The notes beneath the pieces are model-generated. The model worked only from the letters and a program-made list of their open reading frames with translations. It had not been told where the DNA came from and did not search any database. A stretch of DNA of 64,000 nt from Acidimicrobiia bacterium (GTDB taxonomy: Bacteria > Actinomycetota > Acidimicrobiia > Spongiisociales > ZC4RG35): assembly GCA_965203555.1 (NCBI GenBank), contig CBDBCY010000004.1:2336001-2400000 (forward strand), in the 5' to 3' direction. Of the stretch, positions 1 through 10,548 are shown one piece after another (positions within the stretch are counted from its first letter, which is position 1; each line of letters starts with the position of its first letter). Position numbers and translations under genes: made by a program.

Positions 1-305
1 CCCGAGAGAAAACCGCAGTATTGAGGAGCGCCTCGAATTCGACACAACCGAGGGAACCAACGTCGTTCCAGTTATCCCTGTTCGCATGTCTGAAGCAGGG
101 CTCCTGGTAGATGGACCTGCGATAGCAAGGGAGCCGGGGCATCGTCGTCTGTGGTCGCGGTTCCGAAGACATCAGCAATCGAGAACATCCGGCACTGCGC
201 GTCGTGGTGGGATGGGGGTCTGCACTGGTTGACGCTCGTTGACGAAGCCTGATATCAAAACCGGGTTGCGCTCCTCCCGCCGATCACCCTGTGTGACCGG
301 TTGCT

Positions 306-1496
306 TCAGGTGGCCGGGGTGATCAGCTGGTAGGTGATGGTTTGATCGAAACCGGTGGCGGAGAAGATGGTGGTCGTCTCACCGGTTTCGTTGGGAATGG
401 TCATATGGGTGGTTACTTCTCCCGAGACTTGGTAGTCGCCCTCCAGCACCAGACCTGCATCCGAGTCGAACCGGGTCACGGCTACGGCGGTGGTGGGAGA
501 GGCGCTTACCAGCATGGTCAGTTCCGAAATGGCTTCTTGGCCTTCTCGGGCTTCTTCGCTGTCGAGTTCGTCAGTGAAAGCCCCGAACATTTCCTTGAGG
601 AATTCGGTCATGTCCCACTCGAACGCCTCGGTCCGGTATTGGCTCTCCACCACCAGGATGGAGCTTTCTCCCTCTGTATCCACCTCCACCAGGCGGTGCT
701 CCGCAGTGGTGACGATCATCCCCATGTCGGCCGGTCCCTCCTGCTCGGTTCGCTCGGTCCAGGTGTCGCCGATGCCTACCGGATGATCGGGGAAGGCGGG
801 GCCGAACGGCCTGCTGAGTTCCTGGCTCCCTATCGAGTTGGCGGATAGAAAGCTCTCTCCGCCGAATAACTCGTCAAGTTCTTCACTGGCAATCTCCAGC
901 ACGTTGCCCTGTTGATCCACCACCACCGTGATGTCGATGGGCGTCTCGAACCCGGGCGCCCCGCTGTCGGGAGAGCTGGGTACGGTGATTCCGCCCATCT
1001 GCATCTTGTTTGCGACCAGGGCCAAATCCGACAGGATCCGGATGCTGGTGGTGCCCTCCTCCGGACCGGGACCGGTCTGGTAGCTAATGGTGCCCTCCAG
1101 CGTGCTGGAGATCCGGATGGGTCCGGGAGGATCTTCTTCGGGTGATCCGCTTTCCACTGTCACGTCGGCCTCTTGCTGGATCGACATCCGGTATGACACT
1201 TCACCGGAAGCCGGATAGCGGTAGGAGACCACCCTCGGCTCGAATTCCGGAGCAGCCGTGGTGGTGGTTGTGGGGGGAGGGGCGGTGGTAGAGGTGGTTT
1301 CCGGCGGAGAAGTGGTGGTAGTGGTGCGAGCCGATGCAGTGGCGCCAGCGGTGGTCTCAGTGGCGGCGGTGGTCGGGGATGTTGCAGGCGGCTGATTGGA
1401 GGAAGAATCTTCCCCGCATGCGGCTGCCGACAGGGATACTGCGCACAGCACCACAAGAGACAAACGATACGAGAAACGGTGACGGAGTCGGCTCAT
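306..1496 (-). CDS. Putative lipoprotein with Thr/Pro-rich linker
   Basis: Signal peptide ending in lipobox-like SAAAC, long T/P-rich stretch, acidic C-terminal domain; GGAGG RBS before ATG. Confidence 0.8.
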   Translation of the reverse strand: MSRLRHRFSYRLSLVVLCAVSLSAAACGEDSSSNQPPATSPTTAATETTAGATASARTTTTTSPPETTSTTAPPPTTTTTAAPEFEPRVVSYRYPASGEVSYRMSIQQEADVTVESGSPEEDPPGPIRISSTLEGTISYQTGPGPEEGTTSIRILSDLALVANKMQMGGITVPSSPDSGAPGFETPIDITVVVDQQGNVLEIASEELDELFGGESFLSANSIGSQELSRPFGPAFPDHPVGIGDTWTERTEQEGPADMGMIVTTAEHRLVEVDTEGESSILVVESQYRTEAFEWDMTEFLKEMFGAFTDELDSEEAREGQEAISELTMLVSASPTTAVAVTRFDSDAGLVLEGDYQVSGEVTTHMTIPNETGETTTIFSATGFDQTITYQLITPAT

Positions 1497-1608
1497 GTCC
1501 TCCCAGGATATAGATGGTCGGTGCTGTGCCGACTGGTATTGGAGGCGGTGGATGGTGTGGCGGCGGGTGGTCGTCTGCTCTGCCGGCCTGTTCTCCTGCT
1601 GTTTACCG

Positions 1609-2187
1609 TCAACCGAAGTAGTCAGGCTCTTGGCCGGGGATCCACTTGATGTTGCATCCGATGGAAGGCTTCTGGATTGCGGGCGCCTCCCGGTCGGCCA
1701 GCACGGCGTCCACCGCGGCGCGCAGGTCTTTGCCGGTTACCGGGATGCGGTTGGAGGGCCGGGAATCATCGAATTGACCCCGGTAGACCAAGTCCCGATC
1801 CGCGTCGAACACGAAGAAGTCAGGTGTGCAGGCCGCCGTGTAGGACTTGGCGACCTCCTGGGTTTCGTCGTAAAGGTAGGGAAAGGCATATCCCATCCTG
1901 CGGGCCATGGCCGCCAGTTTGTCCGGGGCGTCACCGGGGTACTTCTTCGCGTCGTTGGCGCTGATTCCCACGATGGAAACGTCGCTTCCCCGGTAGTCGT
2001 TCCCGAATCTGACCAATCCTCTCTGGATGTGGATGACAAACGGGCAATGGTTGCAGATGAACATCACCACCAGGGCTTTCCCATCGCAGTCGGAAAGAGA
2101 TACCGTATCTCCGCTGACGGTGTCGGTGAGAGAGAAGTTCGGCGCTGGGGTTCCGAGAGGAAGCATGGTCGAGAGGGTGTCTACCAC
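1609..2187 (-). CDS. Thioredoxin-like / AhpC-TSA family protein
   Basis: FICNHCPFV CxxC, ACTPDFF, YRGQFD, SIGCNIKW motifs; start re-called at GTG 2187 after GGAG RBS. Confidence 0.9.
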   Translation of the reverse strand: MVDTLSTMLPLGTPAPNFSLTDTVSGDTVSLSDCDGKALVVMFICNHCPFVIHIQRGLVRFGNDYRGSDVSIVGISANDAKKYPGDAPDKLAAMARRMGYAFPYLYDETQEVAKSYTAACTPDFFVFDADRDLVYRGQFDDSRPSNRIPVTGKDLRAAVDAVLADREAPAIQKPSIGCNIKWIPGQEPDYFG

Positions 2188-2259
2188 AATTATTCTCCGT
2201 TCTGATCTTGCAGGCTCCTGAACACCCAAGATTAGACCGCTCGGTAGCCTTGTCAATCG

Positions 2260-3165
2260 ATGCCGGAACTGCCTGACGTGGCCTTGTATCTGCGGGCGCT
2301 GGAACCGCGGATCGTGGGAAAGCCGGTTACCGGGTTTCTGGTTCGATCCATGTCGGTTCTCAGAACCTACCAACCTCCTTACGACCAAGTGGTGGGAAAG
2401 ACCGTGGTGGGCCTGAGGCGCATCGGCAAACGCATCGTGTGGGAGTTCGATCAGGACCATTTGTACCTGGTCATCCACCTGATGGTGGCCGGAAGGCTGC
2501 GGTGGCATGATCGGGAAGGTGTGAAGCCTCCCGGCAAAGTGGGATTGGCGGCCTGGGGCTTTCCCGGATCGACCCTGGTCCTGACCGAGCAGGGGTCCAA
2601 ACGCCGGGCCGGAATATGGGTGTTATCGGGCGAGGAAAACCTGATGGCCGAAGACCGGGGAGGACTGGAGCCCCTGGACGTTTCGACCGATCAGTTCAGC
2701 CACGCCACAAGAAGCAGAAACCACACGCTCAAGCGAGCCTTGACCAGCCAGGCTATTTTCTCGGGGATCGGCAACGCCTACTCCGACGAGATACTGTGGG
2801 AGGCGCGACTGTCGCCCGTCAAGATGACATCGCGGCTCAGCGATGACGAGGTGGAACGGCTTCACCGGGCGGTGGTGAAGGTCCTCACTCTCTGGACGGA
2901 GCGTTTGGCCGCGGAGACCGGGGAGAAATGGCCGACCAAGGTGACCGCCTTCCGCCCGGAGATGGCGGTGCACGGCAAGTACGGGAAACCCTGTCCCCGG
3001 TGTGGAGCGCCCGTACAGAGAATCGTCTATGCCAGCAACGAGACCAACTACTGCGCCTCCTGCCAGACGGGAGGGAAACTCTTGGCCGATCGCTCGCTGT
3101 CCCGGCTACTCAAAAAGGACTGGCCCAGAACCCTGGAGGAGTTGGAGGAAATGCGAGGCGGCTGA
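2260..3165 (+). CDS. Fpg/Nei family DNA glycosylase
   Basis: N-terminal MPELPDV, HLMVAG, H2TH GIGNAYSDEIL, C-terminal CPRC..CASCQ zinc finger. Confidence 0.93.
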   Translation: MPELPDVALYLRALEPRIVGKPVTGFLVRSMSVLRTYQPPYDQVVGKTVVGLRRIGKRIVWEFDQDHLYLVIHLMVAGRLRWHDREGVKPPGKVGLAAWGFPGSTLVLTEQGSKRRAGIWVLSGEENLMAEDRGGLEPLDVSTDQFSHATRSRNHTLKRALTSQAIFSGIGNAYSDEILWEARLSPVKMTSRLSDDEVERLHRAVVKVLTLWTERLAAETGEKWPTKVTAFRPEMAVHGKYGKPCPRCGAPVQRIVYASNETNYCASCQTGGKLLADRSLSRLLKKDWPRTLEELEEMRGG

Positions 3166-3226
3166 TGGGGACCTTGTATACAGGTTGGGCGTTCGTAGCC
3201 CTTGTGGCTGACCTATATTGAGGGAA

Positions 3227-3550
3227 ATGAGACACCTTGAGGACGCCGAACTGCGGATCGCCGACCTGAACCGCGCTTTGGCCGAGGAGGGTGATCCGGC
3301 CCGGGTCCGGTATATGACCAGTGGCCCCTCCTGGTACGAAGATGACGACGGGTGGCGCATTGTCGCGTTCTGGGAGTTGCCCGAACCGGAAGAGTCGGTG
3401 TGGCCTACAGGGATGCTATGGGAGTATCGGCATCGGGTTCAGGATCTGTTCGAGGGTCCCGATGTAACAGTGGAGAGCTATTTCCGCACCAAAGAGGAGC
3501 TTGAAAGCGGCAAGTATCACACTGGTTGGCCCATTCCTGAACTGGCCTGA
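3227..3550 (+). CDS. Small acidic protein upstream of HEPN gene (candidate antitoxin)
   Basis: 107-aa acidic ORF; TATATT -10 box 7 nt before ATG; 15 bp upstream of the HEPN gene; no canonical GS..DxD motif. Confidence 0.65.
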   Translation: MRHLEDAELRIADLNRALAEEGDPARVRYMTSGPSWYEDDDGWRIVAFWELPEPEESVWPTGMLWEYRHRVQDLFEGPDVTVESYFRTKEELESGKYHTGWPIPELA

Positions 3551-3565
3551 CTCTGGCAGATCCCA

Positions 3566-4098
3566 TTGTCTGCTCCTACTCCCGAAGAGTTGCTGGATGT
3601 AGCCAGAGATCTCAGAAATCTGGTCCCGCCCGAAGCGAACCGACCGTACACAGCCCATCTCCGGCGGGCCATTTCAACCGCTTACTACGCCGTATTTTGC
3701 GCCTTGCGTGTAGAGATCGGCAAATCATATCCTGGTGATCTTGATCGAGTGGCGAGTCGACTTGTCAGTCACAGTTCGGCACGCGATGTCTTGGCAAACC
3801 TCCAGAGGAAGGGCGGAGACGGTTCGTTGCTTTTCATCTGGTTGCCTGATCGGCCTGTATGCGATCCTGATCTGGTTCTGTTCGCACAGACCTTTGAGCT
3901 TTTACTCAAAGAGAGGGAAAGTGCTGACTACGACTATCTGTGGCCGGCCTCCAAAAGGACGCGGAAGATGCGAGCAACTTGGCTGAGGAAGCGATTCAAC
4001 AGCTTGAGCGGGCGACAGCAAATGCTCCTGTGCAGGTCCGGGCTATCTGCCTGGCGGTCATAGCTGATTCCCGGAGCCGCAAGAGGATGAAGTTTTAG
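3566..4098 (+). pseudogene. HEPN-domain protein, frameshifted near 3953-3956
   Basis: RRAISTAYYAVF and RESADYD HEPN motifs; helical HEPN-like tail KDAEDASNLAEEAIQQLE continues in the -1 frame to TAG 4098. Confidence 0.75.
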
Positions 4099-4181
4099 CC
4101 TGGAAGTACCTACCCCACGCGGGGACGTGACCCTTTGAAGATCAGGCCGCCGGAAGTGATATTATTCGTTGGGTAAGACCA

Positions 4182-5081
<900 letters not shown>

Positions 5082-5083
5082 AC

Positions 5084-5935
5084 ATGCTCAAGAACGTGAC
5101 TCTCAAGACTCTGCGAGACCGCCGCCGTTCGCTCTTTTGGTGGGTGGTGGGCATCTTCGGCTACATGATTGGAATTGGGGCGATCTATCCCATCGTGCGA
5201 GAAAACCAGGACCAGTTCAGTGCATTGCTTGAGACATATCCAGACGAATTGCTGGCGATAATGGGCGTGGGAGGAGAGGAAAGCCTGTTCGATCCCGTGG
5301 GCTTCATGCGGGCGGAAGCCTTTGGATGGATCGTACCCCTGGTATTTGCCATCTACGGCGCGGTGCAGGGGGCTCGAGCCGTGGCCGGGGAGGAGGAGGC
5401 CGGCACCATCGACCTGGTGATGGCCACGCCGCTGTCCAGATTCGGGCTGGTCTGGCAGAAGTGGTTGGCGCTGGTGCTGGCCGAATTGGTGTTGGGTCTG
5501 GCCTTGTTGGTCTCGTTGGCGTTGGACAATGTGCTGTTCGGGATGGACATTCCTTTGGGCAACAGCGCAGCCGGCTGCTTTATGGCGGTCCTGCTGGGGG
5601 TGTTCTTCGGATCCTTGGCGCTGGCCGTGGGCGCAGGTACGGGTCTGCGCGGTTTGTCGGTGGGGGTGGTTACCTTGGTGGCGGCAGGTAGTTATCTGCT
5701 CAACTCACTGGGCGGGCTGGTGGAGGGTCTCGATACTCTGCAGCCACTCTCGCCCTTCTACTACTACGACGCCTCCAACCCGCTGCGTCACGGTCTTGAC
5801 GCCCAGCACGCCCTTGTCCTGGCAGGTCTCGCCGTCGTCCTGATGGGTATGGGTTTGCTGGCGGTCCGCCGACGGGATCTGGGCATCGGCGGAATCCGGT
5901 TGCCGATTCCCCGTATCGGAAAGGCGGCCGGTTGA
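5084..5935 (+). CDS. ABC-2 type transporter permease
   Basis: About 6 hydrophobic segments, AGEEEAGTIDL and LSPFYYY motifs; adjacent to the ATPase. Confidence 0.9.
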   Translation: MLKNVTLKTLRDRRRSLFWWVVGIFGYMIGIGAIYPIVRENQDQFSALLETYPDELLAIMGVGGEESLFDPVGFMRAEAFGWIVPLVFAIYGAVQGARAVAGEEEAGTIDLVMATPLSRFGLVWQKWLALVLAELVLGLALLVSLALDNVLFGMDIPLGNSAAGCFMAVLLGVFFGSLALAVGAGTGLRGLSVGVVTLVAAGSYLLNSLGGLVEGLDTLQPLSPFYYYDASNPLRHGLDAQHALVLAGLAVVLMGMGLLAVRRRDLGIGGIRLPIPRIGKAAG

Positions 5936-6037
5936 GTATCTCCCGCGGGATCGAGAGGTGGATCGGGTCCACCCGGCGCAGATGGCCGTCAGCACTCTCG
6001 ACAGACACCGCAGTGTGAAAAAAGCAAGCTCGGATGC

Positions 6038-6067
6038 TTCCATTCCGTCACAGGGACAACTCATATT
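6038..6067 (+). promoter_or_regulatory. Sigma70-type promoter of ncRNA copy 1
   Basis: TTCCAT-18 nt-CATATT with upstream A6 tract (6018-6023); same layout at 11197-11226. Confidence 0.5.
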
Positions 6068-6072
6068 GATAG

Positions 6073-6240
6073 AAGCCAAACACCGAGACTTTTCGTTCCG
6101 GCGTCGTTCGAACAGGTCGAGGGATCAACTCGCTTAAGAAGAAGCTCTGTTCCACGCTGGGCTAAGTCTGCTCAACCCATGGAAAGGCGGTGGCGGGGGT
6201 GGGAGCCCGTAAGGGCGGATTTTCGCGACCCGGATTTTCG
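6073..6240 (+). ncRNA. 6S/Ms1-like structured RNA, paralog 1
   Basis: Shares AAACACCGAGAC, CCGGCGTCGTTCG, TCGAGGGATCA, GGAAAGGYGGWGGCGGGGG and a CCC-GTAA-GGG-type hairpin with 11233-11420; apical pairing TTCCA/TGGAA and TGGG/CCCA. Confidence 0.5.
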
Positions 6241-6700
6241 CGATATTGCGTTGGCGGATCCACCGGTTGTGCGGGAAGCAAGCACTTCCTCGGTGTTCAC
6301 CCGCCCATCGCTGCCCGGTGGGTAGGATTTCGGCAATGCCACCCTTCGCCAAGGGCACCGAGTCGGCCCGGCCGGTCGATCCCGCAGGTCGTATTACCAG
6401 TCTCGATCTGATCCGGGGAGTGGCGGTGTTGGGCATTCTTGTTATGAACGTCGTTTCGTTCGGGCTGGGACCCGGTCCCTATTTCAACCTCTCCGCCGGG
6501 GGATCCCACACCGGGTTCGACTGGTTGATAGGGGGGTTCGGCGAGATTTTCGTGGACCCTGTTGGCGATCACTGAAAGTTCCCAGTCTCGATCACTGAAA
6601 GTTCCCACCTCCTGGGGGTAAATGCCCGTTGTTGGGTAGGGCTCTCTCCAAGCTAAGGGATTGTCACATTTCCTAGCTGTGGAGAGGAGCCCTGCCCTTT

Positions 6701-7999
6701 ATGTTGGTACTGGAGGAGTGCGTGGAAGTTCATGCTTTGAGGAGGCGGGGGTGGTCGATCTCGGCTATCGCCCGTCATGTTGGTAAGAGCCGCCGTACCG
6801 TGCGAGCGTATCTGTCGGGCGATCGGGTGCCCGGTCAGCGTGCCCGGGCGGGGGCGGATCTGTTTGATGAGTTCGAGGCGTATGTGCGGCAGCGGTTGTC
6901 TGATGATCCGCATGTGTGGGGGTCGGCGTTGTTCGACGAGGTGGTGGCTTTGGGCTATGAGCAGAGCTACCCGACGTTCGTGCGGAAGGTCCGTCTTCGG
7001 GGCCTGCGGCCGTTGTGTGGCGCCTGTGCGGGTACCAGGGGCCGGGCCACGGCGATCATCGATCATCCACCGGGTGAGGAGTGCCAGTGGGACTGGGTGG
7101 AGTTACGTGACACGCCGTGGGGAGCCACCGCTCATGTGCTGGTGGGTGTGCTGTCGCACTCGGGCGCTTTTCGGGCGTGGATCACGTCCCGCCAGGACCA
7201 ACCCCATTTGGTGGAGGGTCTTGACCAGGTGTTGAGACGACTGGAGGGTACCCCGCGGCGGTGGAGGGTGGATCGGATGGCGACCGTGGTCGCCGCCACC
7301 GGTCGTATCCAGCCGTCGTTCGTTGGGGTAGCCAAACATTATGGGGTGGTTGTTGACCCGTGCCCACCGCGCCGTCCTCAACGGAAAGGCGTGGTGGAAA
7401 AGGCCATCCACTATGTCTCTCAGCGGTGGTGGCGCACCGCAGCGGTGACCAGCATCGCCGAAGCACAGCACAGTCTGGACAGATTCTGCCAGACCGTGGG
7501 CGATCTTCGCCCACGGGGTGAGAGCACGGTGGGTGAGCTGGCCAAGACCGAGCCTCTCCTCGAGCTGCCCCTGGTGGCTTACCCGGCAGAAGGGACTTTG
7601 GAGCGCAGGGTGACATCCAACGGGCTGGTATCGGTACGCGGTAACCGATACTCGGTGCCACCAGGGGTGATAGGAACCCAGGTCACCGTCCGATGGAGGC
7701 TCGGTGACCCCACTATCAGCATGTTCTCGGCCAGTGGCCGGCTGGTCGCTACCCACCAGCAGGCACCCCGCGGTATGGGACGGGTGGTTCGGCTACCCGA
7801 ACACACCGCCGCTTTGGAGAACGTGGTCCTAGCCGAGTTCACCACCAAACCACCCTGCAAACCCAAACCCAACCGTCCGCCATCAGACGCGGCTTTGGCT
7901 ATCGCCGCCGGTATCGGAGACCTGTACACCGAAACGGTGATCGATCTGGAGGTGTACCAGCGGCACATCGACCAACAAAACCGAAAAGCGGGGCTGTGA
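6701..7999 (+). CDS. istA: IS21 transposase IstA
   Basis: N-terminal HTH (GWSISAIARHVGKSRRTVRAYL), PGEECQWDW, VDRM, KGVVEK DDE motifs. Confidence 0.95.
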   Translation: MLVLEECVEVHALRRRGWSISAIARHVGKSRRTVRAYLSGDRVPGQRARAGADLFDEFEAYVRQRLSDDPHVWGSALFDEVVALGYEQSYPTFVRKVRLRGLRPLCGACAGTRGRATAIIDHPPGEECQWDWVELRDTPWGATAHVLVGVLSHSGAFRAWITSRQDQPHLVEGLDQVLRRLEGTPRRWRVDRMATVVAATGRIQPSFVGVAKHYGVVVDPCPPRRPQRKGVVEKAIHYVSQRWWRTAAVTSIAEAQHSLDRFCQTVGDLRPRGESTVGELAKTEPLLELPLVAYPAEGTLERRVTSNGLVSVRGNRYSVPPGVIGTQVTVRWRLGDPTISMFSASGRLVATHQQAPRGMGRVVRLPEHTAALENVVLAEFTTKPPCKPKPNRPPSDAALAIAAGIGDLYTETVIDLEVYQRHIDQQNRKAGL

Positions 8000-8781
8000 T
8001 GAACCAATCGGTGTACCAACAGCTGCGAGGCCATCTGGCCTACCTCAACCTACCCGCCGCCGCCGAGGCGCTCCCCACCCACCTCGAACAGGCACGAACC
8101 AACCGTGAAAGCCACACCGAGTTCCTTGAAGGTCTACTTCGAGTAGAAGTCGAGACCACCGAACAGCGGCGATGGGAAACCCGTCTCAAACTGGCGAACT
8201 TCCCCACCAGATGGCAACTGGAAGACTTCGACTTCACCGCCCAACCCAGCGTCGACGAGAAACTGGTAAGAGAGCTGGTTACCGGGGCCTACCTGGCCGA
8301 TGCCTCCAACGTTTTGTTCATCGGACCGCCCGGCGTGGGCAAAACCATGCTGGCGGTCATCCTGGGCCGCGCCGCGGTAGACACCGGTCACAAGGTGTAC
8401 TACACCACCGCTGCGGACCTGGCGGCGCGGTGCCGCAAAGCCGCCCTACAAGGACGATGGGCCCAAACGTTGCGGTTCTTCAACACCCCCAAAGTGTTGA
8501 TCATCGACGAACTGGGCTATCTGCCCATGCCGGCAGAAGACGCCGCCACCCTGTTCCAGGTCATCTCCAGACGGTACGGAAAAGGGTCGATCATTCTCAC
8601 CACCAACCTCGGTGTCGCGTCGTGGGGAGAGATCTTCTCCGACCACACCATCGCCGCCGCCATGCTCGACCGGCTGCTCCACAAAAGCGTGGTGTTCACC
8701 ATCACCGGCGACAGCTACCGCCTGAGAAGCTACCAAGCCCAAGCCCGAAAACACCGACCGAAAGGAGACCTGCTAGCCTAA
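7996..8781 (+). CDS. istB: IS21 helper ATPase IstB
   Basis: GPPGVGKT, LIIDELGY, IILTTN, AMLDRLLH, GDSYR; overlaps the istA stop. Confidence 0.96.
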   Translation: MMNQSVYQQLRGHLAYLNLPAAAEALPTHLEQARTNRESHTEFLEGLLRVEVETTEQRRWETRLKLANFPTRWQLEDFDFTAQPSVDEKLVRELVTGAYLADASNVLFIGPPGVGKTMLAVILGRAAVDTGHKVYYTTAADLAARCRKAALQGRWAQTLRFFNTPKVLIIDELGYLPMPAEDAATLFQVISRRYGKGSIILTTNLGVASWGEIFSDHTIAAAMLDRLLHKSVVFTITGDSYRLRSYQAQARKHRPKGDLLA

Positions 8782-9790
8782 AACCACCCAACCCAGGGTG
8801 GGAACTTTCGCTGATCGACTCTGGGTACTTTCGATGATCGTCATCAACCAGAAGTTCATGGGGCTCTTCTCGGTGCTCTTCGGGGCCGGTATCGTCCTGT
8901 TCTGCGACCGGGCATCCGGGAGAACCAAACGCCCGGAGGCTCTCAGCCTCTGGCGCAATCTTCTCCTATTGGGGATAGGCGCTGTTCACTTTCTGATGTG
9001 GGACGGTGACATTCTGATCGGCTACGCACTCGTCTCCCCGGTGATCATTCTCTTACGCAACCGGTCTACCCGGACCCTGCTTGTCCTTGGCGGTTCCTTG
9101 GTGCTGTTGTCGCCCCTTTCCGCGGTGTTGCTCCAGTCCTCCCTCCCGGGTGACGGCAGTGGGCTGGGAGCATTGTGGAACGCCTCGGGGGAGATGACCG
9201 ACGCGGCCCAGTTCTTCATCCTTGCGGATTTTCTGTCCCGCGCGGTGGGGATGATGTTGATCGGCGTGGCGCTCTACCGCAACGGAGTGCTGACGGGCGC
9301 ACGCCCATCGGCCTTCTATCGGCGGTCGGCCGCCGTCGGTTTGGGAGTGGGACTGCCGATGGCGGCTTTGGGGCTGGCCTGGGTGGTGATCGAAGACTTC
9401 TCACCTCAAGTGGCCCTGATCGGGACCATTCCCAATACGCTGGGCACGGTTCCGGCGGTGATCGGCTATCTCAGTCTCATAGTTCTCTGGAACCGCCGCC
9501 CGGAGACTTCCCTTCACAGGCGTTTGCGTGCGGCGGGGCGGATGGCGCTGACCAACTATCTGGCCCAGACCATCTTGGGAGTCCTGGTCCTGGGGCAGCT
9601 ACTGGTCGACGTTTCCCTGACCCGGACCATGCTGGCTGCATTCGTCGTGGTCGTGTGGCTGCTGCAGGTCTGGTGGTCCTCTGCCTGGCTCGATCGCTTC
9701 CGCTTCGGTCCGGCCGAATGGATGTGGAGGGTGGCTACCTACCGACGGTTCCAGCCCCTGCGTAGGCAAGAATCCACCAGAGCCTGACGA

Positions 9791-10516
9791 TCAGGTACTG
9801 GCCAGTTCCTCGATCAGATCATTGCGAATCTGGTTGGCCAAGGGTCTGCTTTGGCGGCTGTCCTTTCTGGTGAGGGCAATTGGAGGCATCACCGTCACGC
9901 TCACCGGCCCTCCTTTGATCACCCACGACTGAGGAGGCCAGATGGCGCCGGTACCGGAGACTGCAACCGGCAGCACCGGACAGCCCACCTGGGAGGCGAT
10001 GAAGAAGGCGCCGTATTTGAACGGCAGCATTTTTCCGGTGAGGCTGCGGGTCCCTTCGGGGAAGATCACCAGGGACCGCCCCTCCGACACCAGTAACCGG
10101 GTGCTGCGAATGATGGACGCCAGTTCCTTGCGTCCCATGTCCCGGTCCAGGGGCACCATTCCCACTCCCCGCATGGCAGCGCCCAACAACGGGAAGTCGA
10201 GCACTTCCTTCTTGGACAGGAACCTGATGGGAATGGGCAGGGCATTGACCAGAGTCATAATGTCGATGTTGGAGCGATGGTTGGCTACCACGATGTAGGA
10301 GGTGTCCCTCTCGATGTTCTCCAGCCCCCTTACTTCCAACCGGATACCCGACACTGTGACCCAAAGCCTGCCGAAGCCGCTCAAGATACGCTCCCCGAAC
10401 GGGCCTCTGGGTCGGATCGCCGAGGAGATGACCGCCGCCAGGGCAAGGCCCACGGTGCCGAGTCCGGCCACCAGGTAAGTGATCAGGCTGCGAAGGGTGG
10501 TCCACGCCGTTCTCAT
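9791..10516 (-). CDS. plsC: 1-acyl-sn-glycerol-3-phosphate acyltransferase
   Basis: NHRSNID (HX4D) and IFPEGTRS motifs. Confidence 0.9.
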   Translation of the reverse strand: MRTAWTTLRSLITYLVAGLGTVGLALAAVISSAIRPRGPFGERILSGFGRLWVTVSGIRLEVRGLENIERDTSYIVVANHRSNIDIMTLVNALPIPIRFLSKKEVLDFPLLGAAMRGVGMVPLDRDMGRKELASIIRSTRLLVSEGRSLVIFPEGTRSLTGKMLPFKYGAFFIASQVGCPVLPVAVSGTGAIWPPQSWVIKGGPVSVTVMPPIALTRKDSRQSRPLANQIRNDLIEELAST

Positions 10517-10548
10517 CGATCTAAGGCTAAACCCCCTAAGTCGCTACC

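Larger units (their letters stand above)
6560..8846 (+). mobile_element. IS21-family insertion sequence (2287 bp)
   Basis: TG...CA ends; imperfect terminal IRs, each with two internal copies of a CGATCACTGAAAGTTCCCA-like motif; istA-istB; flanks ACCC/ACCA (imperfect 4-bp TSD). Confidence 0.95.
6336..9787 (+). pseudogene. DUF418 (YeiB-like) membrane protein interrupted by IS21
   Basis: 5' part RITSLDLIRGVAVLGILVMN...GEIFVD ends at the IS; 3' part QKFMGLFSVLFGAG...GRMALTNYLAQT...FRFGPAEW resumes at 8847. Confidence 0.9.

Noticed and set aside
1-252. 3' end of a gene entering from the left
   Set aside because: One frame is open to ~232 but has no recognisable motif; it cannot be supported
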